The notes under the pieces were generated by a model. That model made no database searches. It was not told the DNA's origin and saw nothing but the letters and a program-made list of their open reading frames with translations. A stretch of DNA of 46,994 nt from the IMG/VR virus record IMGVR_UViG_3300001471_000004; one strand, written 5' to 3'. The stretch comes from a virus. Shown piece by piece: positions 23,880 through 33,516 of the stretch (position 1 is the first letter of the stretch; the number at the start of each line of letters is the position of its first letter). A program made the translations under genes and the position numbers.

Positions 23880-24475
23880 GCGACATCCCCAACGTTGCCC
23901 CGCGTCCCGCCATCCCGTCACGCGCCGCGGGCGAAGCGCCTAACCAGACGGGTCCGAATTTTGCTGCGCAAGTACCGAGCGCCGCGCCACCGCCGATGTT
24001 TGACGATGACTGCCGCACAGCGCCGTTGCCGCCCGGAGCCGTAGGACGCAGCGGACCAATACTCGGACGCGGCGAGAAAGCCGCCCACACGCGCGTTCGT
24101 AACGAGAAGCTGAAGGCGGTCGAGATCAAAAAACTGAAGGCTAAACGCGCTGCGGCGCTCAAAGCGAAGAAGGGAAAAACGGTGAAAAAACCAACTAATC
24201 GGCAGTCGTTGCGCGCTGCCAAAGCGCACCTCGCGCCGGGCAAGCCGAAGCGCGTACGTCGTCCGGTCCTCCACGCGATCCCCGACAGCAAGCCCGCTAA
24301 AAACCCCAACCGTCCGCTCGAAATGAAGAACCAACTGGCGGCGGTGCTGGCGGTCGTGTCGGACCTCAAGGGCGCGGAGCTCACATTCTTCTCCGAAGCC
24401 TGCAAATCGCTGCAGGACCTCACGCACGCCGGCCGTAAGCGGGTGATCGAGGCACTTGGGAGGGTGTACGGGTGA
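23876..24475 (+). CDS. Basic Lys/Ala/Pro-rich protein, 199 aa (histone-H1/AlgP-like composition)
   Basis: Contains the run KLKAVEIKKLKAKRAAALKAKKGKTVKKPTNRQSLRAAKAHLAPGKPKRVRRP. Coupled to the polymerase upstream and the nuclease downstream. Confidence 0.55.
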   Translation: MSDIPNVAPRPAIPSRAAGEAPNQTGPNFAAQVPSAAPPPMFDDDCRTAPLPPGAVGRSGPILGRGEKAAHTRVRNEKLKAVEIKKLKAKRAAALKAKKGKTVKKPTNRQSLRAAKAHLAPGKPKRVRRPVLHAIPDSKPAKNPNRPLEMKNQLAAVLAVVSDLKGAELTFFSEACKSLQDLTHAGRKRVIEALGRVYG

Positions 24476-25149
24476 AACTCCCTATCGGCACATACACGTT
24501 CTATAACAACATGGAAAATTGCCCGCATAAAGCGTGGCATTTATATGTGCTGAAGGACATCCCGCGTACCGAAAGCCCGGAAATGAAATGGGGCAACGAC
24601 GTACACACGGCCATGGAGAACGCCATAGCTAAAGGTACGCCGTTGCCTGACACCATGAAGGACGCAGTTGAGGTAGCATCCGCCTTTCGCCAGATTTACG
24701 ATAAGCTGCCCACGCTTGTCGAGGCAAAGCTGGCGATGACAGCGAGGGGTGAGCCCTGCGACTTCTGGGACGACAAACTCGCGTGGTTCCGCGGCAAAGC
24801 CGACGTGTCGGTGTTTACAAACGAGCGCGCGACCGCCTGGATCGTCGACTGGAAGACTGGCAGTGTCCGCGAGGATCCCTTCGAGCTCGAAACCAACGCG
24901 CTTTTGCTGAAGGTCAACCACCCGACGCTTACCGAAGTGATCGGCGAATACTACTGGATAAAGACCGGCAGCAAAGGGCTGCGCTATACCCTTACGAAGT
25001 TCGGCGACACGTTCGCCAGGCTCCAGGCGCTGCGCGCCGAGGCCGAAGGCTACATGCGATCGGGCGAGTGGCCCAAGCGCAAAAATCCGCTGTGCGGCTG
25101 GTGCGGAGTTCTCAGCTGCGAGCACAACACCAGCCATAAGAGGAAGTGA
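24472..25149 (+). CDS. Cas4-like PD-(D/E)XK exonuclease with Fe-S cysteines, 225 aa
   Basis: An N-terminal Cys (MENCPHKAW), the core GKADVSV...IVDWKTG, and the C-terminal cluster CGWCGVLSCEH. Confidence 0.75.
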   Translation: MKLPIGTYTFYNNMENCPHKAWHLYVLKDIPRTESPEMKWGNDVHTAMENAIAKGTPLPDTMKDAVEVASAFRQIYDKLPTLVEAKLAMTARGEPCDFWDDKLAWFRGKADVSVFTNERATAWIVDWKTGSVREDPFELETNALLLKVNHPTLTEVIGEYYWIKTGSKGLRYTLTKFGDTFARLQALRAEAEGYMRSGEWPKRKNPLCGWCGVLSCEHNTSHKRK

Positions 25150-25511
25150 TGAGCGTATATCCAGATGGGACGTGCTATGTGTGCCGAAAAGGGGGCGCCA
25201 TGCCGGGTGAACAGTGCCCTAATTGTGGGTGCACACAGCCTGGACCCGCGCCCGTCACCCGCGTCCCCGGTAGGCACATCCGCGTTGTCACGAAGCAGGG
25301 GCTTTGGTTCGACATGGACATGCAGGTCGGCTTTTCCATGGTCACCTTCGTGACGGCGATCAAAGCGATGGGGCAGCTTATCAACGAAGCGGTGTACCAG
25401 CCGCACGATAACATCGCGACCATATTCGTATGGTCTGACGCGGCGCCTCCCAAGGACGGTGGAGTGAACCTCCCTACGCCGACAGTGCCAGGGACGGAGA
25501 CGAAGCAGTGA
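25146..25511 (+). CDS. Zn-ribbon protein, 121 aa
   Basis: N-terminal CYVC...CPNC pair; the remainder is unknown. Confidence 0.55.
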   Translation: MMSVYPDGTCYVCRKGGAMPGEQCPNCGCTQPGPAPVTRVPGRHIRVVTKQGLWFDMDMQVGFSMVTFVTAIKAMGQLINEAVYQPHDNIATIFVWSDAAPPKDGGVNLPTPTVPGTETKQ

Positions 25512-25729
25512 AAATGGTCACGATCGACTTGGGTCTGGTCGGAGAGCGGCGTCACAACGAAGCCATTGTACCGATGCAACCGCCTTGTGCCTGCAAAAAT
25601 TGGGAGCTGATGCCGTACATATCGAACCAAAACGGTTTGAGGTATTTTCACGGTTATCAATACGAGGTGTCTAACGAGACGGCCGCCGTGCTCTTAGCGA
25701 AAATGGAGATGTACCGAAATGAAAACTGA
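25508..25729 (+). CDS. Hypothetical protein, 73 aa
   Basis: GTG 25508 overlaps the upstream stop; an ATG at 25514 is an alternative start. Confidence 0.5.
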   Translation: MKMVTIDLGLVGERRHNEAIVPMQPPCACKNWELMPYISNQNGLRYFHGYQYEVSNETAAVLLAKMEMYRNEN

Positions 25730-26012
25730 GGAAGGCAAGCTTAAGGACAAAATTCGCGCCTACCTCAAAGCCCAAGGTGCGTACGTTCACATGCCTGTGC
25801 CGAGCGGCTACGGCACGCCGACCCTCGATTTCGTTGGGTGCTACCGCGGCAGGTTCTTCGCGATCGAGACCAAGGCGCCGGGGAAAAAGCCTACGGCGCG
25901 TCAGGATTTCACCATGGGCGAGATGATGAAGGCGGGCGCGTTCGTGATATGGGGTGACAATGCCGACGAGCTGATCGGGAAGCTTGCGACGTTCTTTTTG
26001 AGGTGTAAGTGA
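25719..26012 (+). CDS. VRR-NUC nuclease, 97 aa
   Basis: Segment PTLDFVGCYRGRFFAIETKAPGKKPTARQ fits the VRR-NUC D...E.K...Q core. Confidence 0.7.
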   Translation: MKTEEGKLKDKIRAYLKAQGAYVHMPVPSGYGTPTLDFVGCYRGRFFAIETKAPGKKPTARQDFTMGEMMKAGAFVIWGDNADELIGKLATFFLRCK

Positions 26013-26203
26013 TGGGTAACCCGCTGAAGCTGCGTACTATCAAAACGCTACATACGAAGGTACTCGCGTACAAACTGCGTGTCGATCGGGTATTTGGCGA
26101 ATATGACCCTGGCGATGACACTTACGAAGGTGACGTCCAACGAGCGATTGAAAACTTGCTAGACAAGCTGGAAGCCGCTGTGGGCCACCTTACTCCAAAA
26201 TGA
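26009..26203 (+). CDS. Hypothetical protein, 64 aa
   Basis: ORF coupled on both sides. Confidence 0.5.
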   Translation: MMGNPLKLRTIKTLHTKVLAYKLRVDRVFGEYDPGDDTYEGDVQRAIENLLDKLEAAVGHLTPK

Positions 26204-27795
26204 CCTTCTGGCACGACCAGCAGACCAACAGCTTGGTGTACGACACGCCGCTGCGCGACCGTATCCTGCCGTACCTGCATGGAGGCACACCACTCCACAA
26301 CGGCTATATGGCCTGCCCTGCGAACCTGTATAATTGTCAGGTGCTCGCGTACTGTAAACTTCCCGTTATCCCCATCGTCGATCAGACTTACGATTGGCCA
26401 ATCAAGAAGCCCTGGCGTCCGCGCGAGCAGCAAAAGCTCATGACGAATTTTATGGTGATGAACCCGCGGTCGTTCAATTTGTCGGACATGGGAACGATGA
26501 AAACGTTGGCGACGCTATGGGCTGCGGACTACGTGATGCAGCAGCATCCATGCACCAAGGCCATCATCTGCGCGCCGCTCTCGATCCTGCAGCGTGTATG
26601 GGGTGACGCGCTCACACAGCACTTCCTCGGCCGGCGCACCTACACTATAGTGTACGGCGACGCGAAGAAGCGGCGAAAGCTTCTGGCACAGAATACCGAT
26701 TTCTACATCATCAACCACGACGGCGTTGGCATCGGCGCCAAGAGCGAGAAGTCGAAACTGAAGCTCGAAGGGCTTGCCAATGACATCGCCACTCGACAGG
26801 ATATTGGCATATGCATTATCGACGAGGCTTCCGCGTACCGAGACGGAACTACTCGAAGACATCGGATTGCTCGTGCAGTGCTTGCACACAAGCCTTACTT
26901 CTGGCCTCTCACCGGAACACCAACAGCGAATGGTCCTCTCGATGCACATGGCCTTGCACGCCTTGTCAACGGAGCTTTTGGTGAAAGTTTTCACTCGTAC
27001 AAAAATCGGGTGATGTATCGCCTCTCGCAGTTCGTGTGGGTACCCCGCGTCGGCGCTCACGAGCAAGCGTACCAACTGCTGCAGCCATCAATCCGCTTCG
27101 AGATGCGCGAGTGCACCGACGTGCCGCCGTGCACCGAGCAGATGCGGGACGTGGAGCTGAGCGCCGAGCAACAGAAATTGTACAAAGAGCTTAAACGTGA
27201 CTTGCAGCTTATGCTTGAAAAAGGACGTGTCGACGTACCTAACGAAGCTGCACTGCGCGGAAAACTCATACAAATTTGTGCTGGAGCTATCTACGGCAAG
27301 GATGGCAACGGAAAGCGTACCGTTACATATCTGGACTGCGCTCCGCGCTTTGCCGAACTGCGCGCCGTGATCGCGGAGGCTAGTCGCAAGGTTGTAATCT
27401 TTACACCCTTGACAAGTGTGGTACATATGATATATGACAATCTCAAAGAATATAGTCGCGCCTACATAAACGGCGATGTACCGACGAGCGCACGCAACGA
27501 GATACTTTCTAGCTTTCTTCATGCGAAGGACCCCCATATTCTTATAGTGGACCCTGCTACTACGGCACACGGGATCAACGAAATGGTTGCGGCGTCGGTT
27601 GAGGTTTGGTGGGGCTGCACGGATAGGACCGAGCTATACCTGCAAGGTAAGCAGCGGGTCGATCGTCCCGGTCAGATTGGCGCGACCACCATTGTCCAAC
27701 TAGCGTCAACGCCGGTTGAGCGTGAAATCTTCAAACGCGCCGCCAGCAGTCAATCGATGCAAGGCGCCATCCTCGATCTAGTGAGAGCAGCATGA
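26200..27795 (+). CDS. SNF2-family helicase/ATPase, 531 aa
   Basis: Motif I LSDMGTMKT, motif II IIDEASAYRD, motif III LTGTPTANGPLD, and motif VI QGKQRVDRPGQ. Confidence 0.8.
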   Translation: MTFWHDQQTNSLVYDTPLRDRILPYLHGGTPLHNGYMACPANLYNCQVLAYCKLPVIPIVDQTYDWPIKKPWRPREQQKLMTNFMVMNPRSFNLSDMGTMKTLATLWAADYVMQQHPCTKAIICAPLSILQRVWGDALTQHFLGRRTYTIVYGDAKKRRKLLAQNTDFYIINHDGVGIGAKSEKSKLKLEGLANDIATRQDIGICIIDEASAYRDGTTRRHRIARAVLAHKPYFWPLTGTPTANGPLDAHGLARLVNGAFGESFHSYKNRVMYRLSQFVWVPRVGAHEQAYQLLQPSIRFEMRECTDVPPCTEQMRDVELSAEQQKLYKELKRDLQLMLEKGRVDVPNEAALRGKLIQICAGAIYGKDGNGKRTVTYLDCAPRFAELRAVIAEASRKVVIFTPLTSVVHMIYDNLKEYSRAYINGDVPTSARNEILSSFLHAKDPHILIVDPATTAHGINEMVAASVEVWWGCTDRTELYLQGKQRVDRPGQIGATTIVQLASTPVEREIFKRAASSQSMQGAILDLVRAA

Positions 27796-28016
27796 CCGAC
27801 CTAGTAAAGAATGCCAGGGTTGCCCTTCGCGCTGCAGAGAAGCGCTTAGAACAAGCGCTGCGCACGCAATACCCTGTGGGTCACCCGATAGTGTGGCAGC
27901 GCGGGGGACACAACCAGCTAGGTCACCTCACGCGGCACGGCTACGGCGATCGGTTTCAAGTGCTGAACGCGCGCACCAAAAAATTGGTGTGGCTTTCTTC
28001 CGGAGACATTATATGA
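27792..28016 (+). CDS. Hypothetical protein, 74 aa
   Basis: ORF coupled on both sides. Confidence 0.5.
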   Translation: MTDLVKNARVALRAAEKRLEQALRTQYPVGHPIVWQRGGHNQLGHLTRHGYGDRFQVLNARTKKLVWLSSGDII

Positions 28017-28408
28017 CAACCCCCACCCTCGGCGATTTGATTGACAAATATAAAGAGCTTGAGACCTACGTCGAGGCTGAAGACGCCGCCTACGGCGCAG
28101 CGATGAAACCCTACAAGGATGCCATCAACCTGATCAAAAGCGCCGTGCTGGCCGAGCTTCAGCGCACTGGGCAGCAGAATGCGAAGTCCGAGAACGGCGG
28201 CACTGCTTATCAACAGACGAGCATGAGTGTCAAGGTTGACAACCGCGAGCAGTTCCTCGACTTTATCTCGCAACAGGGGCGATGGGACATGCTTGACGCG
28301 GGCGCCTTGAAAGAGCCCGTCAAGGACTGGCTTGATAAGAACAACGGCGTCGAGCCGCCCGGTCTCAAAGTTTCGTATTTCACCAAGTGCAACATTCGGA
28401 GATCGTGA
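28013..28408 (+). CDS. Replication/recombination-module protein, 131 aa (possibly Gp157-like)
   Basis: ATG 28013 with a GGAG SD and an ATGA overlap. The 40 upstream codons of the tracked ORF overlap the previous gene. An N-terminal coiled coil is followed by a beta-rich part. The family assignment is weak. Confidence 0.5.
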   Translation: MTTPTLGDLIDKYKELETYVEAEDAAYGAAMKPYKDAINLIKSAVLAELQRTGQQNAKSENGGTAYQQTSMSVKVDNREQFLDFISQQGRWDMLDAGALKEPVKDWLDKNNGVEPPGLKVSYFTKCNIRRS

Positions 28409-29598
28409 TGAACACTCCCCTACCTCGCCGACGAATTGTCGACGATGCCACCAGCGGCCTCGGTTCGACGCGCGGCCCGCACCTCTCGATCCGCGGTGGT
28501 CGCTTCCGGCTGATCGCCGCGACGGAGGTGTTGCTCGACACGCACTATGTCGACATCATCATTGTGGACGCCAACCGGAACTCGGCGCGGGTCTACTTCG
28601 AGGGCGACTTTGCCGACAACACCGACGAGCCCCCGGCATGTTTCAGCGATAACGGCACCGGACCTTCGACGCAGTCCATGTCGCCGCAGTCGACAACATG
28701 CGCTATCTGCCCTCATAATGTCCGGGGCTCCGACCAGACGTTCACCGGCAAGGCCACGACAGCCTGCAGCAACCGAAAAAAGCTCGCCTTTATTCTCCCC
28801 GACGACCAGTCGTGCACGGTCTACGAATTCCAGATCCCGCCTGCCAGCTTGACCGGGTTGCGCACCTACGGCGATTGGGTGGGCGCTCAGATGTGCCCCC
28901 ATCGTAATGCGCCGGCCGACTTCGCCGACTTCGTCACCCGCGTCAGCTTCGATCCGGCACGCCAGTTCGTGCTGGCGTTCCAGGCGGTGTCCTGGGCCGA
29001 TGACGAGCGCACCCTGCAGATGCTCGAATACATTGTGCAAAATAACCTGTCAGACGCGGCGGTCGGCCGCAATGACGTCGCCCACGATCCAGCCTTCGTC
29101 GCGCAAATGATCGCCGCTCGCAGGCAGGCATCAGCGGGCGCCTTGGGAAGCAACCCACCCTCCCCCGCACTGCAGTCCGGGCAACAACAACAACTCCCAC
29201 CTCGCCAGGCAGCCCCAGCCCCCCAGCCCCTGCCTGCCGGCGCCCCGGCCGCGCCCCGAGCCCCGCAGGCTCCCAGGCGCGGCCGGGGACCTGCGAAGGC
29301 ACAGGCTCAGCTGCCGCCCGCCTCCCCTTCGCCGGCAGCACCGTTTATGGCCCCGGCTGCTGCCCAACCTGTGGCCTTCCCGTCGACGCCCGCGGCAACC
29401 GCACCGATCGCACACGCGCCCCCTGCGCAGGCTGTATCGAGTACTGACGGCATCCCTGCGTTTCTCCAGCGCAGTGCCGACAACACGCCGCCCGCGCCCA
29501 CCCCGCCTCGGTTCGGCATCGGCACCCCGCCCGCGCCGCCTGCCGCGATCGGTGAGGCGTTGGCGCAGGCGATGAACCTGCCGACGAGACGAGGATGA
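28408..29598 (+). CDS. Cys4-containing protein with a roughly 170-aa Pro/Ala-rich tail, 396 aa (possible ssDNA-binding or annealing protein)
   Basis: ATG 28408 with a GGAG SD. The four Cys lie in PACFSD...CAIC...TACS. The C-terminal half is low complexity (APAPQPLPAGAPAAPRAPQAP...). The functional guess rests on position in the replication module. Confidence 0.45.
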   Translation: MNTPLPRRRIVDDATSGLGSTRGPHLSIRGGRFRLIAATEVLLDTHYVDIIIVDANRNSARVYFEGDFADNTDEPPACFSDNGTGPSTQSMSPQSTTCAICPHNVRGSDQTFTGKATTACSNRKKLAFILPDDQSCTVYEFQIPPASLTGLRTYGDWVGAQMCPHRNAPADFADFVTRVSFDPARQFVLAFQAVSWADDERTLQMLEYIVQNNLSDAAVGRNDVAHDPAFVAQMIAARRQASAGALGSNPPSPALQSGQQQQLPPRQAAPAPQPLPAGAPAAPRAPQAPRRGRGPAKAQAQLPPASPSPAAPFMAPAAAQPVAFPSTPAATAPIAHAPPAQAVSSTDGIPAFLQRSADNTPPAPTPPRFGIGTPPAPPAAIGEALAQAMNLPTRRG

Positions 29599-29912
29599 GT
29601 TCCTTCGCGCAGCGGCTCGCCGCGTGTAAAAAGCACGGCGAGCTGACAATCTCGGACCTGGCGCACTGGTTCGCGCGGCCGGTCTGCACCGTGCGGACGT
29701 GGCTGCCCGAACACGGCGGGCGCGATCCGCATGGGCCGGCTGGCCGGCTTGCGCAAGAGTGGCTTACCCGCCTTGAGCTCTGCATCAAGAGAAAACGTGG
29801 CTTTCCGGTGCCTGCGTCGTTAAGCTGGCACAACAGACCAACATACATCCGGGAACAGCGCGATGATGCGGGACGAAACGTTGGCGTTCCTCGCGTGCGT
29901 GCTACCGGCTGA
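29595..29912 (+). CDS. Small putative DNA-binding protein, 105 aa
   Basis: HTH-like segment LTISDLAHWFARPVCTVRTWL. The 3' end overlaps the primase start by 50 nt. Confidence 0.45.
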   Translation: MSSFAQRLAACKKHGELTISDLAHWFARPVCTVRTWLPEHGGRDPHGPAGRLAQEWLTRLELCIKRKRGFPVPASLSWHNRPTYIREQRDDAGRNVGVPRVRATG

Positions 29913-32739
29913 GGGCTACTACTGCGCGGTCGTCTTTGACAGTCCTAACCCGAAGCCGGGCGTCGACTTCCCGCGACAAAAGTTCTGCTCGACGATAGAG
30001 GAACTGACCGATGTCATATTGGCAAGCGACAAAGTCGGCACGACGGTATTTCATGGCTGCGCAGCGTACGTCGATCCGCGCGTCGCAAAACCCCGATCCC
30101 AAGTCAACGTCCGCGCGTGTCGGTCCCTTTGGCTTGATGTCGACGCAGGATCCGATAAAGCCTATCCCGACGCGCGCGCCGCCGCGCAATCCGTCGCCAA
30201 TTTTTGTGCTCGTGTGGGTCTGCCTGTGCCTGTCTTTGTCGGTAGCGGCACTGGCATTCACTGTTACTGGCCGCTTGCTGTCGAGCTTGGTCCCGCCGAT
30301 TGGAATGTCTACGCTAATGGACTTAAAGCCCTTTGCACCGTAGAAGGACTGAAAGCCGACCCGTCGCGAACGAGCGACATATCGAGCATCCTGCGACCAC
30401 CAGGGACTTACCACCGAAAGAACGGAGAGAACCTTGTCCAGGTCGACCCACGCAGCCTACGCCGCTTTGATCTCGGCACTCTTAGCACTCTCTGTGCCGC
30501 TGCTCGGGTACAGCCTGCTCATCAGCGACCAGATCGACGAAGCGTACCGACAGGTTCGATCCTCGAACGAATTGTCGGCGATGCAAGCTACAGCGCCGTA
30601 TACGCTGACGATATCGCAGACGAATGTGGTCAGCTTAACCATTTCCGTATCACAGGCAATTTACACGAACCTCTATGGTACGCAGGTCTTGGCGTGCTCG
30701 GGTTCTGCCACGACGGCGACGTACGTGCTCATGAATGGTCGGCAAGAGATTATACAGGCTACAGCGCCGGGGGGACCTCTTTCAAGCTTGACCGCGCTCG
30801 ACAACTCACCGGCGCCACCACCTGCGCAAAATTCCACGACGTCAACCCAGGCGTCTGCCCAAGGTGCCCCCACTTCGGCCGGATCAAATCTCCCATCGCT
30901 TTGGGGTTCCGACATCCAGAGCCTGCAATTCAGTTCACCACCGTTGCGCCGCCTCTCACCGAAACCGAAGACGGCGGGTTGCAACTGCCACCCCCACCAT
31001 CACCGTTCATATGGTCGGCGAGAAATCAGCTTTGCATCACCCAGGAAGACAACAATGGCGGCAGCATCGCGACTGTGGTCAGCGAGCATCCAGTCTACCT
31101 CGAAGGGGTGCAGACCGGAGAGCTCGAACGCTCGTCGTTCAGCTATCTGTTCAGGAAATTCCTGCCGCACGAAGGCTGGTCCGACGTCATCATTGACGCG
31201 AAGACACTCCATAGCTCGGCCGGCATTTCTGAGATGTTCGGCAAAGGCGTCGTCGTGCATGATGCTAAAGCTTTTTTGAAGTATGCGAGGCACGCAGTGG
31301 ATGAATATCATGCCGAGGAAGTCACCGAGACCCGCTACGATCAGTTCGGGTGGAAAAACGAGAATTCATCGTTTCTATTCGGGAAAATGCTTTACACATC
31401 AGTGGGACCGGTCGAAAGCATTGGTGCCAAAGAAGTACAAGCTCGATCGCAGTGGCTCGGGCCTCGTGCCCGCGGTTCCGTACAAGCATGGACCGAGGCC
31501 GCAGATAGTCTCTTTGCTGCGGACATGGAAGCGATATCAAGCGTGGTACTCGCCTCGTTCGCCGCTCCACTTATGCGGTTTCAGTCGGCCGAAGAAGGCG
31601 GCGCTATCATCCATCTCTTTACGCCGGGGAGCGGGCAGGGCAAGACAACCGCACTCATGGGTGCCTGGACAGTATGGGGCACGAAGGAAGGTCTTACGCT
31701 CACCAACGAGGATACCCGCGTCTCGAAGCCAATAATGATTGGCACGCTCGGCAACCTGCCGGTGATTTACGACGAGCTGCGCGACAAGGATCCCGAGGTG
31801 ATCAAGCGCATGGTGGTGATGTTCACCGAAGGCCGCGATCGCATGCGCGGCACGGTCGACGGCGGCATACGTCACACCAAGGCCAATTGGCAGACAATCA
31901 TGCTGTCGGCTGCGAACCTCTCGCTGATCGACCAGCTGCAGACGGACGGCGTCGACGCGCCGGCCTTTCGGGTCATGGAGCTTTCGACCGAGCTCCCCGC
32001 CAACATCGACAAGAAAAAGGGTGATCAGCTTAAAAAGGTCATGGCCGAGAACGCGGGTCACGCGGGCGACGCGTATCTGCGCTATCTGCTCAATCCCGAC
32101 GTGTTGGCGTGGACGAAAGCGGCGTTGGAGAAGTGGACGCAAGACATTTGGGATGTAACGCGTGCGGACAGCGCGCATCGGTTTCGCGTACGCGCTGTCG
32201 GCGCGATTGCCGTCGCCGCTGCACTTGTCAACAAGCTCGGCATCCTGCATTTCCAGACCAACCGGATCGTCGAGTGGCTCATTGACGAGATCGGCCAGGG
32301 GCGCCATCAAGGCACGGTGAGCGCTGTTACGTCGATCGACGCGGCGATCGGCGCGCTCGGCAACTTCATCAACGAGCATTACGGCGAGACCGTCGTCGTC
32401 CCCGACAAGTATCAGCCAAAGCGGCACATGGTGCCGATCTTAAAGCCTCACAACAAGTTGTCGGTGCGCTACGAGATCGCGCCAGCTCGTGTGTTCATTT
32501 CGTGGAACGTGTTCAACGAGTGGGCGATCAGGCGTCAGATGTCGGCGCGTACCATCGTCGAGCAGTTGCTCGACGCACAGATCGTGGTGTCTAAGAAGCG
32601 CGCCTGTACGCTCGGCGCCGGCACCGACATCCCTGGCGCCCAGATACCCTGCATCGAAGTGAACGCGTTGCACCCCGCGATGAGCGGGCTCGTGACGACG
32701 GTCACGGAACTTCGAGGGGCACAAACTGTTGCGGAATAA
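29863..32739 (+). CDS. Bifunctional primase-polymerase (AEP) / SF3 helicase, 958 aa
   Basis: AEP motifs are LWLDVDAG (DxD) and GSGTGIHCYW (sGxGxH). Walker A is TPGSGQGKTT and Walker B is PVIYDELRD. Confidence 0.8.
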   Translation: MMRDETLAFLACVLPAEGYYCAVVFDSPNPKPGVDFPRQKFCSTIEELTDVILASDKVGTTVFHGCAAYVDPRVAKPRSQVNVRACRSLWLDVDAGSDKAYPDARAAAQSVANFCARVGLPVPVFVGSGTGIHCYWPLAVELGPADWNVYANGLKALCTVEGLKADPSRTSDISSILRPPGTYHRKNGENLVQVDPRSLRRFDLGTLSTLCAAARVQPAHQRPDRRSVPTGSILERIVGDASYSAVYADDIADECGQLNHFRITGNLHEPLWYAGLGVLGFCHDGDVRAHEWSARDYTGYSAGGTSFKLDRARQLTGATTCAKFHDVNPGVCPRCPHFGRIKSPIALGFRHPEPAIQFTTVAPPLTETEDGGLQLPPPPSPFIWSARNQLCITQEDNNGGSIATVVSEHPVYLEGVQTGELERSSFSYLFRKFLPHEGWSDVIIDAKTLHSSAGISEMFGKGVVVHDAKAFLKYARHAVDEYHAEEVTETRYDQFGWKNENSSFLFGKMLYTSVGPVESIGAKEVQARSQWLGPRARGSVQAWTEAADSLFAADMEAISSVVLASFAAPLMRFQSAEEGGAIIHLFTPGSGQGKTTALMGAWTVWGTKEGLTLTNEDTRVSKPIMIGTLGNLPVIYDELRDKDPEVIKRMVVMFTEGRDRMRGTVDGGIRHTKANWQTIMLSAANLSLIDQLQTDGVDAPAFRVMELSTELPANIDKKKGDQLKKVMAENAGHAGDAYLRYLLNPDVLAWTKAALEKWTQDIWDVTRADSAHRFRVRAVGAIAVAAALVNKLGILHFQTNRIVEWLIDEIGQGRHQGTVSAVTSIDAAIGALGNFINEHYGETVVVPDKYQPKRHMVPILKPHNKLSVRYEIAPARVFISWNVFNEWAIRRQMSARTIVEQLLDAQIVVSKKRACTLGAGTDIPGAQIPCIEVNALHPAMSGLVTTVTELRGAQTVAE

Positions 32740-32752
32740 GCGGGAGAAGATC

Positions 32753-32998
32753 ATGAGCGAGCGGGGTGGATTATCGTTTCTTGGAAAGCAGCAGGTTCAC
32801 GTCTTGAGTGTTGCTGCTAATGCCACTATTGGCATTCCAATCTATCCGCAGGACCGAGCGCAAGAGCGCGTCTGTGATTCACTGGTGAAGCGTGGCTTGC
32901 TCAAACTAGACGGTCTGAAAAAGAAATACGTGACGCCGTGCTACCACATCACGGATGGTGGCCGCCGTATATATAACGAAGTTAAACCGGCGAGTTGA
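32753..32998 (+). CDS. Hypothetical protein, 81 aa (possibly winged-helix)
   Basis: ATG 32753 with GGGAG 6 nt upstream. The earlier tracked start lies inside the primase gene. Confidence 0.5.
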   Translation: MSERGGLSFLGKQQVHVLSVAANATIGIPIYPQDRAQERVCDSLVKRGLLKLDGLKKKYVTPCYHITDGGRRIYNEVKPAS

Positions 32999-33024
32999 TG
33001 CACCATGACTGCGGAGGGAACGTG

Positions 33025-33246
33025 ATGTGTGAGTGGAAGCCGATAAGTGAGCCGCCGACAACCAGTAAAGAAGGTGCGTCGGTGCGTGTACTTGGCGTTA
33101 TCAAAGGTGGTCATCATGTCTTTGCTTCCTACACGCCCTATTATCTCGGACATGCCGATGAGGCCAAAATGCTCTGGACTTGCGAGCATTTTGGCTGGGC
33201 GGAAAAGCCTACACATTGGCGACCGCTCACGCAGCCATCGCACTAA
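33025..33246 (+). CDS. DUF551-like protein, 73 aa
   Basis: ATG 33025 with GGAGGG 6 nt upstream (alternative ATG at 32998). It begins MCEWKPISEPP and ends PTHWRPLTQP, as DUF551 proteins do. Confidence 0.6.
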   Translation: MCEWKPISEPPTTSKEGASVRVLGVIKGGHHVFASYTPYYLGHADEAKMLWTCEHFGWAEKPTHWRPLTQPSH

Positions 33247-33253
33247 CGCGGCA

Positions 33254-33487
33254 TCACAGCGCGTCGATCGTAGTCACCTGTTGCGGTGATGGTAGTCGCG
33301 CCGCTGTCTCGTTCACCAGCCGCAATAACGCCGGCAACCGATCGAGCGTCTGCCGGCGAAGGCGCGTCTCGTCGACCTTCGCTTGTGTCGCAAGCACCGT
33401 CGCGATCACGGATGTTTTGGCGCGGATCGTAGGACCAAACGCACCATCTGCGCCAGCGTCTCCCGGATTGAGCTCCAGGTCGAGCAC
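33254..33487 (-). CDS. Candidate terminal small protein of the late arm, 77 aa
   Basis: This is the non-overlapping 3' part of tracked ORF 33254-33967. It has a GTG at 33487, about 70% G/C at third codon positions, and non-repetitive sequence. No clear SD. Confidence 0.35.
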   Translation of the reverse strand: MLDLELNPGDAGADGAFGPTIRAKTSVIATVLATQAKVDETRLRRQTLDRLPALLRLVNETAARLPSPQQVTTIDAL

Positions 33488-33516
33488 GTTCTCGGCGTTG
33501 GCCAGTGCCTTCTCGG

